From positions 17,424,001-17,488,000 of the forward strand of contig CM075987.1 in assembly GCA_038087875.1 (NCBI GenBank): 64,000 nt of DNA. The letters are read 5' to 3'. The notes under the pieces were generated by a model that saw nothing but the letters and a program-made list of their open reading frames with translations, ran no database searches and had not been told where the DNA came from. Shown piece after piece: positions 48,120 to 59,637 of this stretch (within the stretch, counting starts at the first letter, position 1; each line of letters starts with the position of its first letter). Origin of the DNA: Malacoraja senta. Lineage: Eukaryota. Both the position numbers and the translations under genes were made by a program.

Positions 48120-51100
48120 GAACATGGATCGGGAGGGTTTAAACTAGATTGGCTAGGGGATGGGATCTGGCGCAGGACAGAGGCACGTGAGAGGCTAGAA
48201 GTTGGTATGGTGGGTGGTGTGGGAAAGGTTAGTGGACAGAATAGGCAGGTGAAAGGCGGAGAGTGAGGAAAGAGGATTGGTTTAAACTGCACGTATTTTC
48301 ATGCAAGGGGCTTGACGGGTAAGGCAGATGAGCTCAGAGCATGGATAGGTACGAGCGACTGGGACGTTGCAGTCATGACTGAAACCTGGTTAAGGGAGGG
48401 GCAGGACTGGCAGCTCAATATTCCGGGGTACAGGAGCCTCACAGGGGTGAGGGAAAAAGAGGAAGGGGTGTTGCATTGTTGGTTAAGGAGGATGTCACGG
48501 CTGTGTTCAGAGGTGACATTACGGATGGTTCGTCTAGTGAGGCTATATGGGTGGAGCTGAGGATCAAGAAAGGGATGATCACCTTGTTGGTGTACTACAG
48601 ACCCCCGAATAGTCAACGGGAATTAGAAGAACAAATGTGCCGGGAGATTGTAGACCGCTGCAGGTCAAATAAGGTTGATGTAGTAGGGGATTTTAACTTT
48701 CCCAATATAGACTGGGAAAATCATAGTGTGAAGGGTTCAGATGGGGTGCAATTCCTCAAAAGTGTTCATGAGAGTTTTCTTAAACAGTATGTAGAGGCCC
48801 CACATGTGAGAGGGCAATGCTGGATCTAGTATTGGGAAATTGGGAAGGGCAAGTTAATGAAGTGTGTGTGGAGGAGCCTTTTGGGACCAGTGACCACAGT
48901 TCGATTCGGTTTAAGATAGTTAAGGATCAGGACGGGGAGGGTCCACGTGTTAAAATGCTCAACTGGGGTAAGCCCAACTTTGAGGGTATGAGAGAAGGTC
49001 TCGCTCAAGTTGACTGGAGCAGGTTATTGAGGGGAAAGGAACATTGGCCAAGTGGGATGTTTTTAAAAGTGTGCTGACGAAAGCTTAGGATATGTACGTC
49101 CCCGTTAGAGTGAAGGGCAAAGCAGGCAAATGTAAGGAAGCTTGGCTGACGAGGGAAATTGAGACGTCAGTCAAAAATAAGAAGGATGCATGGGACAGGT
49201 ATAGGCAGCTGGGATCAAGTGCATCCCTGAAGGAGTTTCGGGAGCTAAGGAGTAAACTAAAAAAGGAAATCAGAAGGGCAAAAAGGGGCCAGGAGATAGC
49301 TCTGGTGGGTAGTATTAAGGACAGTCCCAAAAGATTTTATGAATACATAAGGGGGAAAAGGGTAACTAGAGGGAGAGAGTGGGACCTCTCAGGAATAAAA
49401 GCGGTCACCTCTGTGTTGAGCCACAGAAGATGGGCAAGGTCCTCAATTGAATGGGGGTGCTGGCTCGAAGGGTCAAATGGCCTACTCCTGCACCTATTGT
49501 CTATTGTCTATTGTCAATGAGTATTTCTCCTCTGTATTTACCGAGGAGAAAGACAGTAGGATGGAGGAAATTGGAGCAGTCATTGGAAGTGTCTTGAGAG
49601 CAGTCAGGGGTTACCGTCGAGGAAGTACTGAAGGTACTGTCATGTATGAAGGTGGACAAATCTCCAGGGCCTGATCCAGAATGGCTGCAGGGAAAATGCT
49701 GGGATCTATAGGCCGGTGAGCTTAACATCTGTAGTTGGTAAGTTGGAGAGTATTATGAGGGATAGGATATACAGGCATTTGGATGGGAAAGGTCAAATTA
49801 AGGACAGTCAGCATGGTTTTGTACAAGGGAGGTCGTGTCTCACAAATCTGATTGATTTTTTTGAAGACGTGAGCAAAAAGGTTGATGAGGGCAGAGCTGT
49901 AGATGTTGTGTACATGGATTTCAGTACGACGTTCTACAAGGTTCTGCATGGTAGGCTGTTCTGGAAGGTTAGATCGCATGGGATCCAAGGAGAGATATCT
50001 GAATGGATAGCAAATTGGCTCCATGGAAGGAAGCAGAGGGTGATGGTGGAAGGTTGCTTCTTGGACTGGAGGCCTGTGACTAATGGTGTGCCTCAGGGTT
50101 CGCTGCTGGGCCCGTTACTGCTTGTCATCCACATCAATGATTTGGATGAGAACATACAGGGCAAGATTAGCAAGTTTGCTGATGATACAAAAGTGAGTGG
50201 TTTTGCAGATAGTGAAGATGGTTGTGAACGTTTGCAGCAGGATCTGGATCGATTGGCCAGGAGGGCGGAGGAATGGTTGATGGAATTTAATACAGAGAAG
50301 TGTGAGGTGTTGCATTTTGGGACGTCGAACATGGGCAGGACCTACACAGTAAATGGTAGGCCTCTGGGTAGTGTTGTCGAGCAGAGGTATCTAGGAGTAC
50401 AGGTGCATGGTTCTCTGAAGGTCGAGTCGCAGGTAGATAAGGTGGTCAAAAAGGCTTTTGGCATTTTGGCCTTCAACAGTCAGAGTATTGAGTATAGAAG
50501 TTGGGAGGGCATGTTGCAATTGTATAAGACGTTGGTGAGACCGCATTTAGAATATTGTGTTCAGTTCTGGGCACCATGTTATAGGAAAGATATTGTCAAG
50601 CTTGAAAGGGTTCTGAAAAGATTTACGAGGATGTTGCCAGGACTAGAGGGTGTGAGCTATAGGGAGAGGTTGAGTAGGCTGGGCCTCTATTCCAGGGAGT
50701 GCATGATGAAGGGATATCTTCTAGAGGTGTACAAAATCATGAAAGGAATAGATTGCACAGACTCTTGCTCAGAGTAGGGGAATCGAGGACCAGAGGACAT
50801 AGGTTGAAGGTGAAACTTATAAAAGAAGTAATTGATTGTGTCCTCGAGCCCTTTACCTATATATGCAATAAATCCTTTCTAAAAGGTGTTTTTCCCAATA
50901 AAATGAAAATGGCTAACTAAGGTGGTTCCAACCTATAAAAATGGTGACAAACATATTGTATCAAATTATAGACCTGTGTCTTTGCTACCTCAATTTTCTA
51001 AAATACTTGAAAAGCTATTTGTGAATAGACTTGATGACTTCATTGAGAAATATGAGTTATTGAGTGATCATCAATATGGGTTTAGGAGTAATCGATCGAC

Positions 51101-52800
51101 ATCTTTAGCGGTGATGGATTTTGTAGAAAATATAGCAACAGCAATAGATAAGAAACTACACACTGTGGGTGTATTTATTGATTTACGTAAAGCATTTGAT
51201 ACAATTGATCATTCCTTACTTTTGGAGAAATTGGAATGTTATGGTATAAGAGGTGTCACACAAAATTGGTTGGGAAGTTATTTAAGTAATAGGTTTCAGT
51301 ATATAAAAATTAATAATACTGAATCACAGCTTAGAAGAGTAACCTGTGGTGTTCCACAAGGTTCGGTACTGGGACCGAAGTTATTTATACTTTATTTAAA
51401 TGATATTTGTAAAGTATCCAATACGATGAAGTTTGTTACGTTTGCAGATGATACAAATGTATTTTGTTCAGGGAATGATGTAAAAGAACTATTGAAAACA
51501 GCAGAAAGAGAATTGATAGAGCTAAAAAAATGGTTTGATATTAATAAATTTTCCCTAAATGAAAATAAAACAAAATTTATGGTGTTTGGTGGTGACAGGG
51601 TTAATTGTGAAATAAAATTGAATTTAAATGGAGTTGAAATTGAAAGAGTATATCAAACAAAATTCCTGGGAGTGATTATAGATCTCAAACTTTTTTGGAA
51701 GCCACATATAGAATACATCAAACGGAAATTATCTAAATCCATTGCTATTCTTTACAAAACAAAGGATCTGGTGAATAAGAAGTGTTTGTATATATTGTAT
51801 TGCTATCTTATAATGCCATATATGTCATATTGAAGTTTGGGGAAATGTATATAAAACAAATAGAGACCCTATAATTAAACTCCAGAAAAGAGCTATTAGA
51901 ATAATACATAAAGCTTCTTACTGTGAAACTACAAATCATAAATTCATAAAGTCCGGTACCTTAAATTTTTTGGATATTGTGCATGTAAAGACATTAGAAA
52001 TACTTTTCCGAGTTAGGAATAAAAGCCTTCCTGTTAGTAATCAATTTTTTTTAAAATTAAGAGTAGGACATTATAATTTAAGAGGGTTGTGTATTTTTGA
52101 AACATGTAAAGTGAGAACCAGCGTAAAATATAGATGTGTCTCAGTTTTGGGAGTCAAATTATGGAACGGGCTTAGTGATGAGTTGAAATTTTGTAGCTCT
52201 CTGTCGAGTTTCAATAAAGCCTTAAAATGTAAAATAATTAAGGATTATAATGTAAAATTATTAAAATGTAAAATAAGTAACGATTACAATTTAGAGTAAA
52301 TTTTATTTTTTTTCTTTCCTTTGTAATGCTGATATTCTGGGATATCTTATCTTATGGATTGTATCGGATAGGCAAAAATAAGCTTTGTGGCTTCAGCCTA
52401 TTCCTTTTTCGGTCATTGATTATGTGAACGTTGTGTGAAATGGATACAGTGTTGGTTCATATTCACACAGATTGCAAAGTTTTGTTCTTTTTAATGTATG
52501 ACCGAAATAAACTATTCATTCATTCATTCATTCAAGGGGAAAAGATTTAATAGGAATCCGAGGGGTAACTTTTTCACACAAAGGGTGGTGGATGTATGAA
52601 ACAAGCTGCCAGAGGAGGTATTTGAGGCTGGTACAATCCCATCGTTTAAAAAACAGTTAGACAGGTACATGGATAGGACAGGTTTGGAGGGATATGGACC
52701 AAGCGCAGGCAAGTGAGACTAGTGTAGCTGGGATATGTTGGCCGGTGTGGGCGAGTTCGGTCGAAGGGCCTGTTTCCACGCTGTACCACTCTATGACTAT
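48120..52800 (+). mobile_element. CR1 LINE ORF2 (endonuclease to 3' end), frameshifted and split by an L2-group insertion
   Basis: MTETWL, YYRPPNS, VGDFN, KFADDT and HLEYCVQFW motifs; CR1 resumes at ~52533 after the insertion. Confidence 0.92.
50814..52532 (+). mobile_element. AT-rich L2-group (Crack/Daphne-like) LINE, 5'-truncated
   Basis: RT ORF 50922-51833 (NYRPVSLLPQFSKILEK, QYGFR, TFADDTN, KFLGVIID); AATAAA and an (ATTC)n tail. Confidence 0.85.
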
Positions 52801-52982
52801 GGATCGGTGATGTTTTGGGTCAGAACCCTTCTGTAGATTGGCTATAGCTGATTTACAACTGATTTATCTTTGTAAAGCTATGTTATGAACTGTGAAATAA
52901 AAATGATAAATAAAAATGTAGAGCTAGGGTTAGGATTAGGGTTAGGCATTTTCCTCTCAGTGGAAGAGGGTTAGGGGTAGGG

Positions 52983-53468
52983 CAGGTGTTGGCAACCTAC
53001 GTCCCACGGGCCAGATCCTGCCCGTAACCCGAAAACATCCAGCCCGCAGGCGTGTTTTTTTCTGGGAACTTCCATGACGGAGCCAACGTTATGGGGGTGC
53101 TGAAGGCGGCCCTGAGCCGAGCTGAGCAGCATGGGGCAAGAGAGGGGGTCAGTCAGTCGGTTGGGCTGTCGGCCGGCCGGTGGGTGCTGTGAGGGGTCGG
53201 TCGGGTTGTCGGCCGGCCAGTGTTGCAGCGAGCGAGCGGGCGGACAGTCGGAGCTGGCGCTATGGGGGTGCTGCAGGTGTCCCGGGCGGCGTGCAGGGCA
53301 GTGCTGCTCCCCACCATGTTGATATTCGATGTAGTCGGGTGGGTTGTTGCTGATCCAGAAGGGCATGCTGGCCGAGGTGGACGCGTGAGCGGCCACACGT
53401 ACGGAGCCCGTAGCCGCTCCCAAAGCGGCTCCAGCTCCAGCCGTGGTCAGCTCTGGAAGGGGGGCGAG
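52983..53468 (+). mobile_element. hAT/Charlie-like left end with GC-rich interior
   Basis: CAGGTGTTGGCAACCTACGTCCCACGGGCC resembles Charlie-type TIRs; right end not found. Confidence 0.4.
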
Positions 53469-53471
53469 TTA

Positions 53472-53816
53472 AGGGCCTGTCCCACGGGCATGCGACTCCA
53501 TGCGTCAAGCGCGACCTAACCGCAAGCGGGGGCCGCGCGGAGGTCGAGTGACGTCAAGACGGTGCGCACGGCCGTTGATGTGGCACGCACGGCATCGATG
53601 CGGCTGCGGGGCGGCAGGCCGTTGCCGCACGGAATTTTTGAACAGTCAGTTTTTCGGAGCCCCACGCGATGTCGGGACCAGCTCTGCACAACTCCATACG
53701 GCTCCGGCGATCGAAGTGGGACCGGCCCCGCGACCTCTGCGCGGCCCCTGCACGGCCCCCACTTGCGGTTGGGTCGCGCTTGCCGCATGGAGTCACATGC
53801 CCGTGGGACAGGCCCT
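53472..53816. mobile_element. CpG-rich MITE (same TIR family as 47351-47686)
   Basis: TTAAGGGCCTGTCCCACGGGCATG / CATGCCCGTGGGACAGGCCCTTAA with extended internal inverted symmetry. Confidence 0.88.
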
Positions 53817-54516
53817 TAAGGGTTAGGATTAGGCATTTTCCTCTCAGTGGAAGATGCCTTAGCCTTCCCCAGCCTGGCACTGCCCCAGTCCCACTATGGC
53901 CGTGACCCCCACTCTGCCCACTGGCAGTCAGTGGGGTTCAGTAAATTGGGGAACCCACAGGATCTGCCCTCGCCCACTAATTAGGCGGGTTCAGGAGCCG
54001 CTGAAACCCGGGACCTCTGCGGCAATCTCACTCAACATACACCTCCAGTCAGCCTCACAATTATATTCATTATATTATTTGTATATAATATCATTATATA
54101 TAACTCCAGTCATATTCACGTCATATATATATATATATATATACTCTATGGGGAGCCTAATTCCGTGCTGCAGTCTATTTAATCCATATATTTAGTAAAT
54201 ACTGACGAGTTATGAATTCCTTCTCAATTATATTTTATCTAATTCTGGTCCAAATTTCAAGTAGATACCAGACTTGGGTCACGAAAGTTAAATTCTAGAC
54301 ACATTTTCTTTCGATGCTTGGCCCACGGCCTAATACTAATATTTAAAAGGCATTCGGACAGACACATCGATCGGAAGGGTTGAGATAAATATGGGCCAAA
54401 TGGAACAAGTCCAGTATGCCTAGTGTGCAGGGTGGAAATATTTGTGGATGAATTATGATGGATGATAAAGAATTTTCCAGTTTTAATTGAAAACAAAATA
54501 AAGAACAGACTTTTAG

Positions 54517-56310
54517 ATAATAGACAATAGGTGCAGGAGAAGGCGATTCGGCCCTTCGAGCCAGCACCGCCATTCAATGTGATCATGGCTGATCATCCCC
54601 AATCAGTACCCCGTTCCTGCCTTCTCCCCATATCCCCTGGCTCCGCTATTTTTAAGAGCCCTATCTAGCTCTCTCTTGAAAGCATCCAGAGAACCTGCCT
54701 CCACCTGAGGCAGAGAATTCCACAGACTCACCACTCTCTGAGAAAAAGTGTTTCCTCGTCTCCATTCTAAATGGCTTACTCCTTATTCTTAAACTGTGGC
54801 CCCTGGTTCTGGACTCCCCCAACATCGGGAACATGTTTCCTGCCTCTAGCGTGTCCAAGCCCTTAACAATCTTATATGTTTCAATGAGATACCCTCTCAT
54901 CCTTCTAAAGTCCAGAGTGTACAAGCCCAGCTGCTCCATTCTCTCAGCATATGACAGTTCCGCCATCCCGGGAATTAACCTTGTAAACCTACACTGCACT
55001 CCCTCAATAGCAAGAATGTCCTTCCTCAAATTAGGGGACCAAAACTGCACACAATACTCCAGGTGTGGTCTCACTAGTGCTCTGTACAACTGCAGAAGGA
55101 CCTCTTTGCTCCTATACTCGATTCCTCTTGTTATAAAGGCCAACATGCCATTCGCTTTCTTCACTGCCTGCTGTACCTGCATGCTTACTTTCATAGACTG
55201 ATGTACAAGGACCCCCAGATCCCATTGTACTTCCCCTTTTCCCAACTTGACGCCATTTAGATAGTAATCTGCCTTCCTGTTTTTGCTACCAAAGTGGATA
55301 ACCTCACATTTATCCGCATTAAACTTCATCTGCCATGCATCTGCCCACTCCCCCAACCCGTCCAAGTCACCCTGCATTCTCATAGCATCTTCCTCACAGT
55401 TCACACTGCCACCAAGCTTTGTGTCATCTGCAAATTTGCTAATGTTACTTTGAATCATTAATGTATATTGTAAATAGCTGCGGTCGCAGCACCGAGCCTT
55501 GGGGTGCCCCACTAGTCACTGCCTGCCATTCTGAAAGGGACCCGTTAATCCCTACTCTTTGTTTCCTGTCTGCCAACCACTTCTCTATCCATGTCAGCAC
55601 TCTACCCCCAATACCATGTGCCCTAATGTTGCACACTAATCTCCTATGTGGGACCTTATCAAATGCTTTCTGAAAGTCCAGGTACACTACATCCACTGGC
55701 TCTCCCTTGTCCATTTTCCTAGTTACATCTTCAAAAAATTCCAGAAGATTAGTCAAGCATGATTTCCCCTTCGTAAATCCATGCTGACTCGGACCGATCC
55801 TGTTACTGCTATCCAAATGTACGGCTATCTCATCTTTTATAATTGACTCCAGCATCTTCCCCAGGCTGTTAAAGAAGGAACTGCAGATGCTGGAAAATCG
55901 AAGGTACACAAAAATGCTGGAGAAACTCAGCGTCTGAAGAAGGGTTTCGGCCCGAAACATTACCTATTTCCTTCGCTCCATAGATGCTGCTGCACCCGCT
56001 GAGTTTCTCCAGCATTTTTGTGTACCTTCGATCTTCCCCAGGCTAACTGGTCTATAATTCCCCGTTTTCTCTCTCCCGCCTTTCTTAAAAAGTGGGATAA
56101 CATTAGCTACCCTCCAATCCACAGGAACTGATCCTGAGTCTATAGAACATTGGAAAATTATCACCAATGCATCCACGATTTCTAGAGCTACTTCCTTAAG
56201 TACCCTGGGATGCAGACCATCAGGCCCTGGGGATTTATCAGCCTTCAGTCCCATCAGTCTATCCAACACCATTTACTGCCTAATGTGGATTTCCTTCAGT
56301 TCCTCTGTCA
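54517..56310 (-). mobile_element. 5'-truncated CR1 LINE with nested Penelope-type insertion
   Basis: [26 protein letters not shown] and KFADDT motifs plus the 3' UTR. Confidence 0.93.
55868..56030 (+). mobile_element. Penelope-type foldback insertion with hammerhead-like core
   Basis: 36-bp perfect inverted arms at 55897-55932 and 55997-56032 enclose CTGAAGAAGGGT-TTCG-GCCCGAAAC; ATCTTCCCCAGGCT on both flanks. Confidence 0.75.
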
Positions 56311-56376
56311 CCCCACGTGTCACTTGTCATGTGTCCGCAGGCAGGGAAACAAAACTGGATGTTGTGTCATACATAC

Positions 56377-56485
56377 CCAGGACTGCATTTGATGTATTTG
56401 CCATCTTTGTCCGTACCACAATGCCCATACTCGGTTCCTTCCGTATTTGTAATTTCATAGCAAATTTTTACAGCAGACTTGGCAT
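56377..56485 (-). CDS. ADAM exon: Cys-rich domain
   Basis: 109 nt, phase 1-2, acceptor TCTCTCTGACAG, donor GG|GTATGT; DAKSAVKICYEITNTEGTEYGHCGTDKDGKYIKCSPG. Confidence 0.92.
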
Positions 56486-57001
56486 CTGTCAGAGAGAACA
56501 AGGAAGAGTACAGATCTAAAGCTAGAAGCAGGCTGCACCGACATTGACACCATTCATGAGCCTTCTTCCAATCTGTTCTGGAGTGAGACGGACAGTTGGA
56601 GAAAATGATGCAGGTGACAAGACAGGAAATGTGAAATGGAGGGGATGACAGACTGGCTGAAGGACAGAGAGAAATGAAACGAGCATCCACCCATCACTGA
56701 TCGCACCCCCATGGTATACGTCTGTGGCCCCACTGCCCTTCCTGGCATATGCCCACAAGTTGCTTTAGATTCTTCACCCGCTCTCTCTAAACATCTTGAA
56801 CTGGCTTGCACCAGGCTGGGGCTGACCCAGTGATGGGGATAGGTCACCCCACTCCTGCAGATCAGGACTTGCAGCAGATTGAGAGAGCTTTGAGGATCAG
56901 CATGTCCATCCAGTCAGGTGCAGACATTGGCCAAAGCCTCTGCCATGTGTGGGGAGGGGATCGGTGCTGCCACCTGGTGGCTGCCGGCAGCCTGTACTCA
57001 C

Positions 57002-57197
57002 CGTCGCCCCAGATCTCCTGGCATTGCCTGTCTGCAGACCGGCAGAACCCCTGGTTGCAGAAGAAGGTCCCGTTGCTGCAGGTGTAGCCATCTTTCATGT
57101 AGTGATTGTCGGGGCAATCTTTGGACTTTCCTGTGCAGAACTCGGGCAGGTCACACTCCCCCCGTCTGGGCCTACACACCGTGCCTGCTGGGAGGAA
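57002..57197 (-). CDS. ADAM exon: disintegrin loop and start of Cys-rich domain (ADAM9/15-like, orthology unresolved)
   Basis: 196 nt, phase 0-1, acceptor TTCCTTCAG, donor G|GTGAGT; FLPAGTVCRPRRGECDLPEFCTGKSKDCPDNHYMKDGYTCSNGTFFCNQGFCRSADRQCQEIWGD. Confidence 0.95.
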
Positions 57198-57744
57198 CTG
57201 AAGGAAGACGGCATCAGAGGATGGCAGGCAGCGGGAGGAAGGAGCCGAGAGTGAGGTGGAGGGTAGGCAGCAGGGGTGTCCCCTGTGAAGTGTGGGGGTA
57301 CTGTACACACAGGGGCTGAGGTTGTAAAAATACAAACTGAAAATACTACAACCGCTCAGGCAGAATCTGTGGGAGTTTTGCTAATTCCTGTCTGATACCA
57401 TCAATGTTGGCCTTGCCTCAATTTAGAACCACATGTGGACCCACCCTGTCCTTAATCAAGAGTATATTAAAGCTGATGGAACTGTTCTCACCCACTGACA
57501 CTTCAGTCATTTGCCCTGCTAATCCCCCCAGAGTAGGTAAAGCTTTGCCCTCTCCTTTATAGGGCCCTATACATATTGCCTGAGGAAACTCCTCAGCACA
57601 CATGACAAATGGCAGCCCATCTATGACAGTCCCAGTCTATATTGGGAAAGTTAAAACCCCACAACCGTATTTGCCTTGCAGCTGTGCAATCTGCTGCTGT
57701 TTTTGTTTCGTTAACTGGTGTTGACTATTTGGGAAACTGTAGGA

Positions 57745-58385
57745 CATAGAAACATAGAAAATAGGTGCAGGAGGAGGCCATTCGGCCCTTTGAGCCAGCA
57801 CCGCCATTCATTGTGATCATGGCTGCTCATCCCCAATCAATAACCCGTGCCTGCCTTCTCCCCATATCCCTTGATTCCACCAGCCCCTAGAGCTCTATCT
57901 AACTCTCTCTTAAATCCATCCAGTGACTTGGCCTCCACTGCCCTCTGTGGCAGGGAATTCCACAAATTCACAACTCTCTGGGTGAAAACGTTTTTCTCAC
58001 CTCAGTCTTAAATGACCTCCCCTTTATTCTAAGACTGTTGCCCCTGGTTCTGGACTCGCCCAACATTGGGAACATTTTTCCTGCATCTACCTTGTCCAGT
58101 CCTTTTATGATTTTATATGTTTCTATAAGATCTCCCCTCATCCTTCTAAACTCCAGTGAATACAAGCCTAGTCTTTTCAATCTTTCCTCATATGACAGTC
58201 CCGCCATCCCAGGGATCAATCTCGTGAACCTACGCTGCACTGCCTCAATCACAAGGATGTCCTTCCTCAAATTAGGAGGCCAAAACTGTACGCAATACTC
58301 CAGATGTGGTCTCACCAGAGCCCTATACAACTGCAGAAGAACCTCTTTACTCCTATACTGAAATCCTCTTGTTATGAAGGACAAG
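57745..58385 (-). mobile_element. CR1 3' fragment
   Basis: ORF 57968-58384 and a (TCTATGTT)n tail. Confidence 0.92.
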
Positions 58386-58439
58386 CAAGGTGATTCTCCC
58401 CTTTATATTGTGCAGATCCTCCCACATTGTCTTGCTGGG

Positions 58440-59032
58440 CAACACCTGCCCCTGCTCGAGTCCTCTCTAAGACCAAGAAAGTGGATCACATCACTCCAGT
58501 TTTGAGGTCTTTACACTGGCTTCCAGTCTGTCAAAGAATTGACTTCAAAATATTACTGTTGGTTTATAAAGCACTGAATGGTCTAGGGGCCAAATACATT
58601 TGTGATCTTCTGTTACATTATGAACCATCCAGACCTCTGAGGTGGTCTGGGACAGGTCTGCTTTCTGTCCCCAGAGTCAGAACTAAACATGGAGAAGCAG
58701 CGTTTAGTTTTACGCACCACATATATGGAACAAACTTCCAGAAAAATACAGGTCCGCTCCATCTCTCAGTTCTTTTAAATCGGGGCTGAAGACTTTTCTC
58801 TTTGACGCAGCTTTTAATTAAATTCAATAATTCTTCATTTCTTACACTGCACTGTACTTTGTATTCTTGTATTTTATACTTGTCTTATTCTATTTTAGCT
58901 TCTTTTTATTTTCTATTCTTTTTAATGACTGTTTTAATTGCTTTTGATTGCTTTTTAATGCTTTGAGTAAAGCACTTTGAATTGCCTTGTTGCTGAAATG
59001 TGCTGTATAAATAAACCTGCTTGCTTGCTTGC
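58440..59032 (+). mobile_element. L2 LINE 3' fragment
   Basis: DHITPVLRSLHWLPV..RIDFKILLL motif; GTAAAGCACTTTG...AAATGTGCT..AATAAA end with a (GCTT)n tail. Confidence 0.88.
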
Positions 59033-59637
59033 CCCTGTACTCTCAGATCTCTGTTCTGCAGCACTCTCCAGGGGCCTACTGTCTACTGTGTAAATCCTGC
59101 CTCAGCTTGACTTTCTAAAGTACATCACCCCATACTTCTTAGAGTTAAATACCATTTGCCATTCCTTAGCCTCTTTTGCCAATTGATCTAGATCCTGTTT
59201 CCATCTTGGGTATTCTTCCTCAACATCTACTATACCACCTATTGTCATCTGTGAAATGTACTAACAATCTATATTACTAAAAGGCTGATCTTGACCACCT
59301 CCTGTTTTTCTTTCATGATTTTAGAACAAACGCTGCCACTCACGGCTGTGATTTTTGGCCATCTTACTCAGAGTCACCCTCTGCCAGCCAGGACAAGAGG
59401 ATTTTCCCATCGATGAAAAATAAAAGAGTTATTAATGTTTAAAAAAATGTTGAGATTCTCTCTGCTGCCCCTGCTGGTGGGAGGGGGAGGGACTATAAAA
59501 CCCGGAAGTGTTGTGCCTCAGTCAGTCTCTGCAAGATGGAGGATGCGAGAGGGTCACGTCTCTCTGAGCTGTGAATAACACTGAATACATGTCTACTCAA
59601 CTGCGAGTGCCCTTAATGTGGTTTGAAAATGAAAATG

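Noticed and set aside
52921..52985. True telomere or fusion site
   Set aside because: Only a few degenerate TTAGGG-like units and no inverted head-to-head array.
56862..57335. 157-aa ORF as a stand-alone disintegrin
   Set aside because: Only 57002-57197 is ADAM-like and it is bounded by canonical splice sites; the rest is intron read-through.
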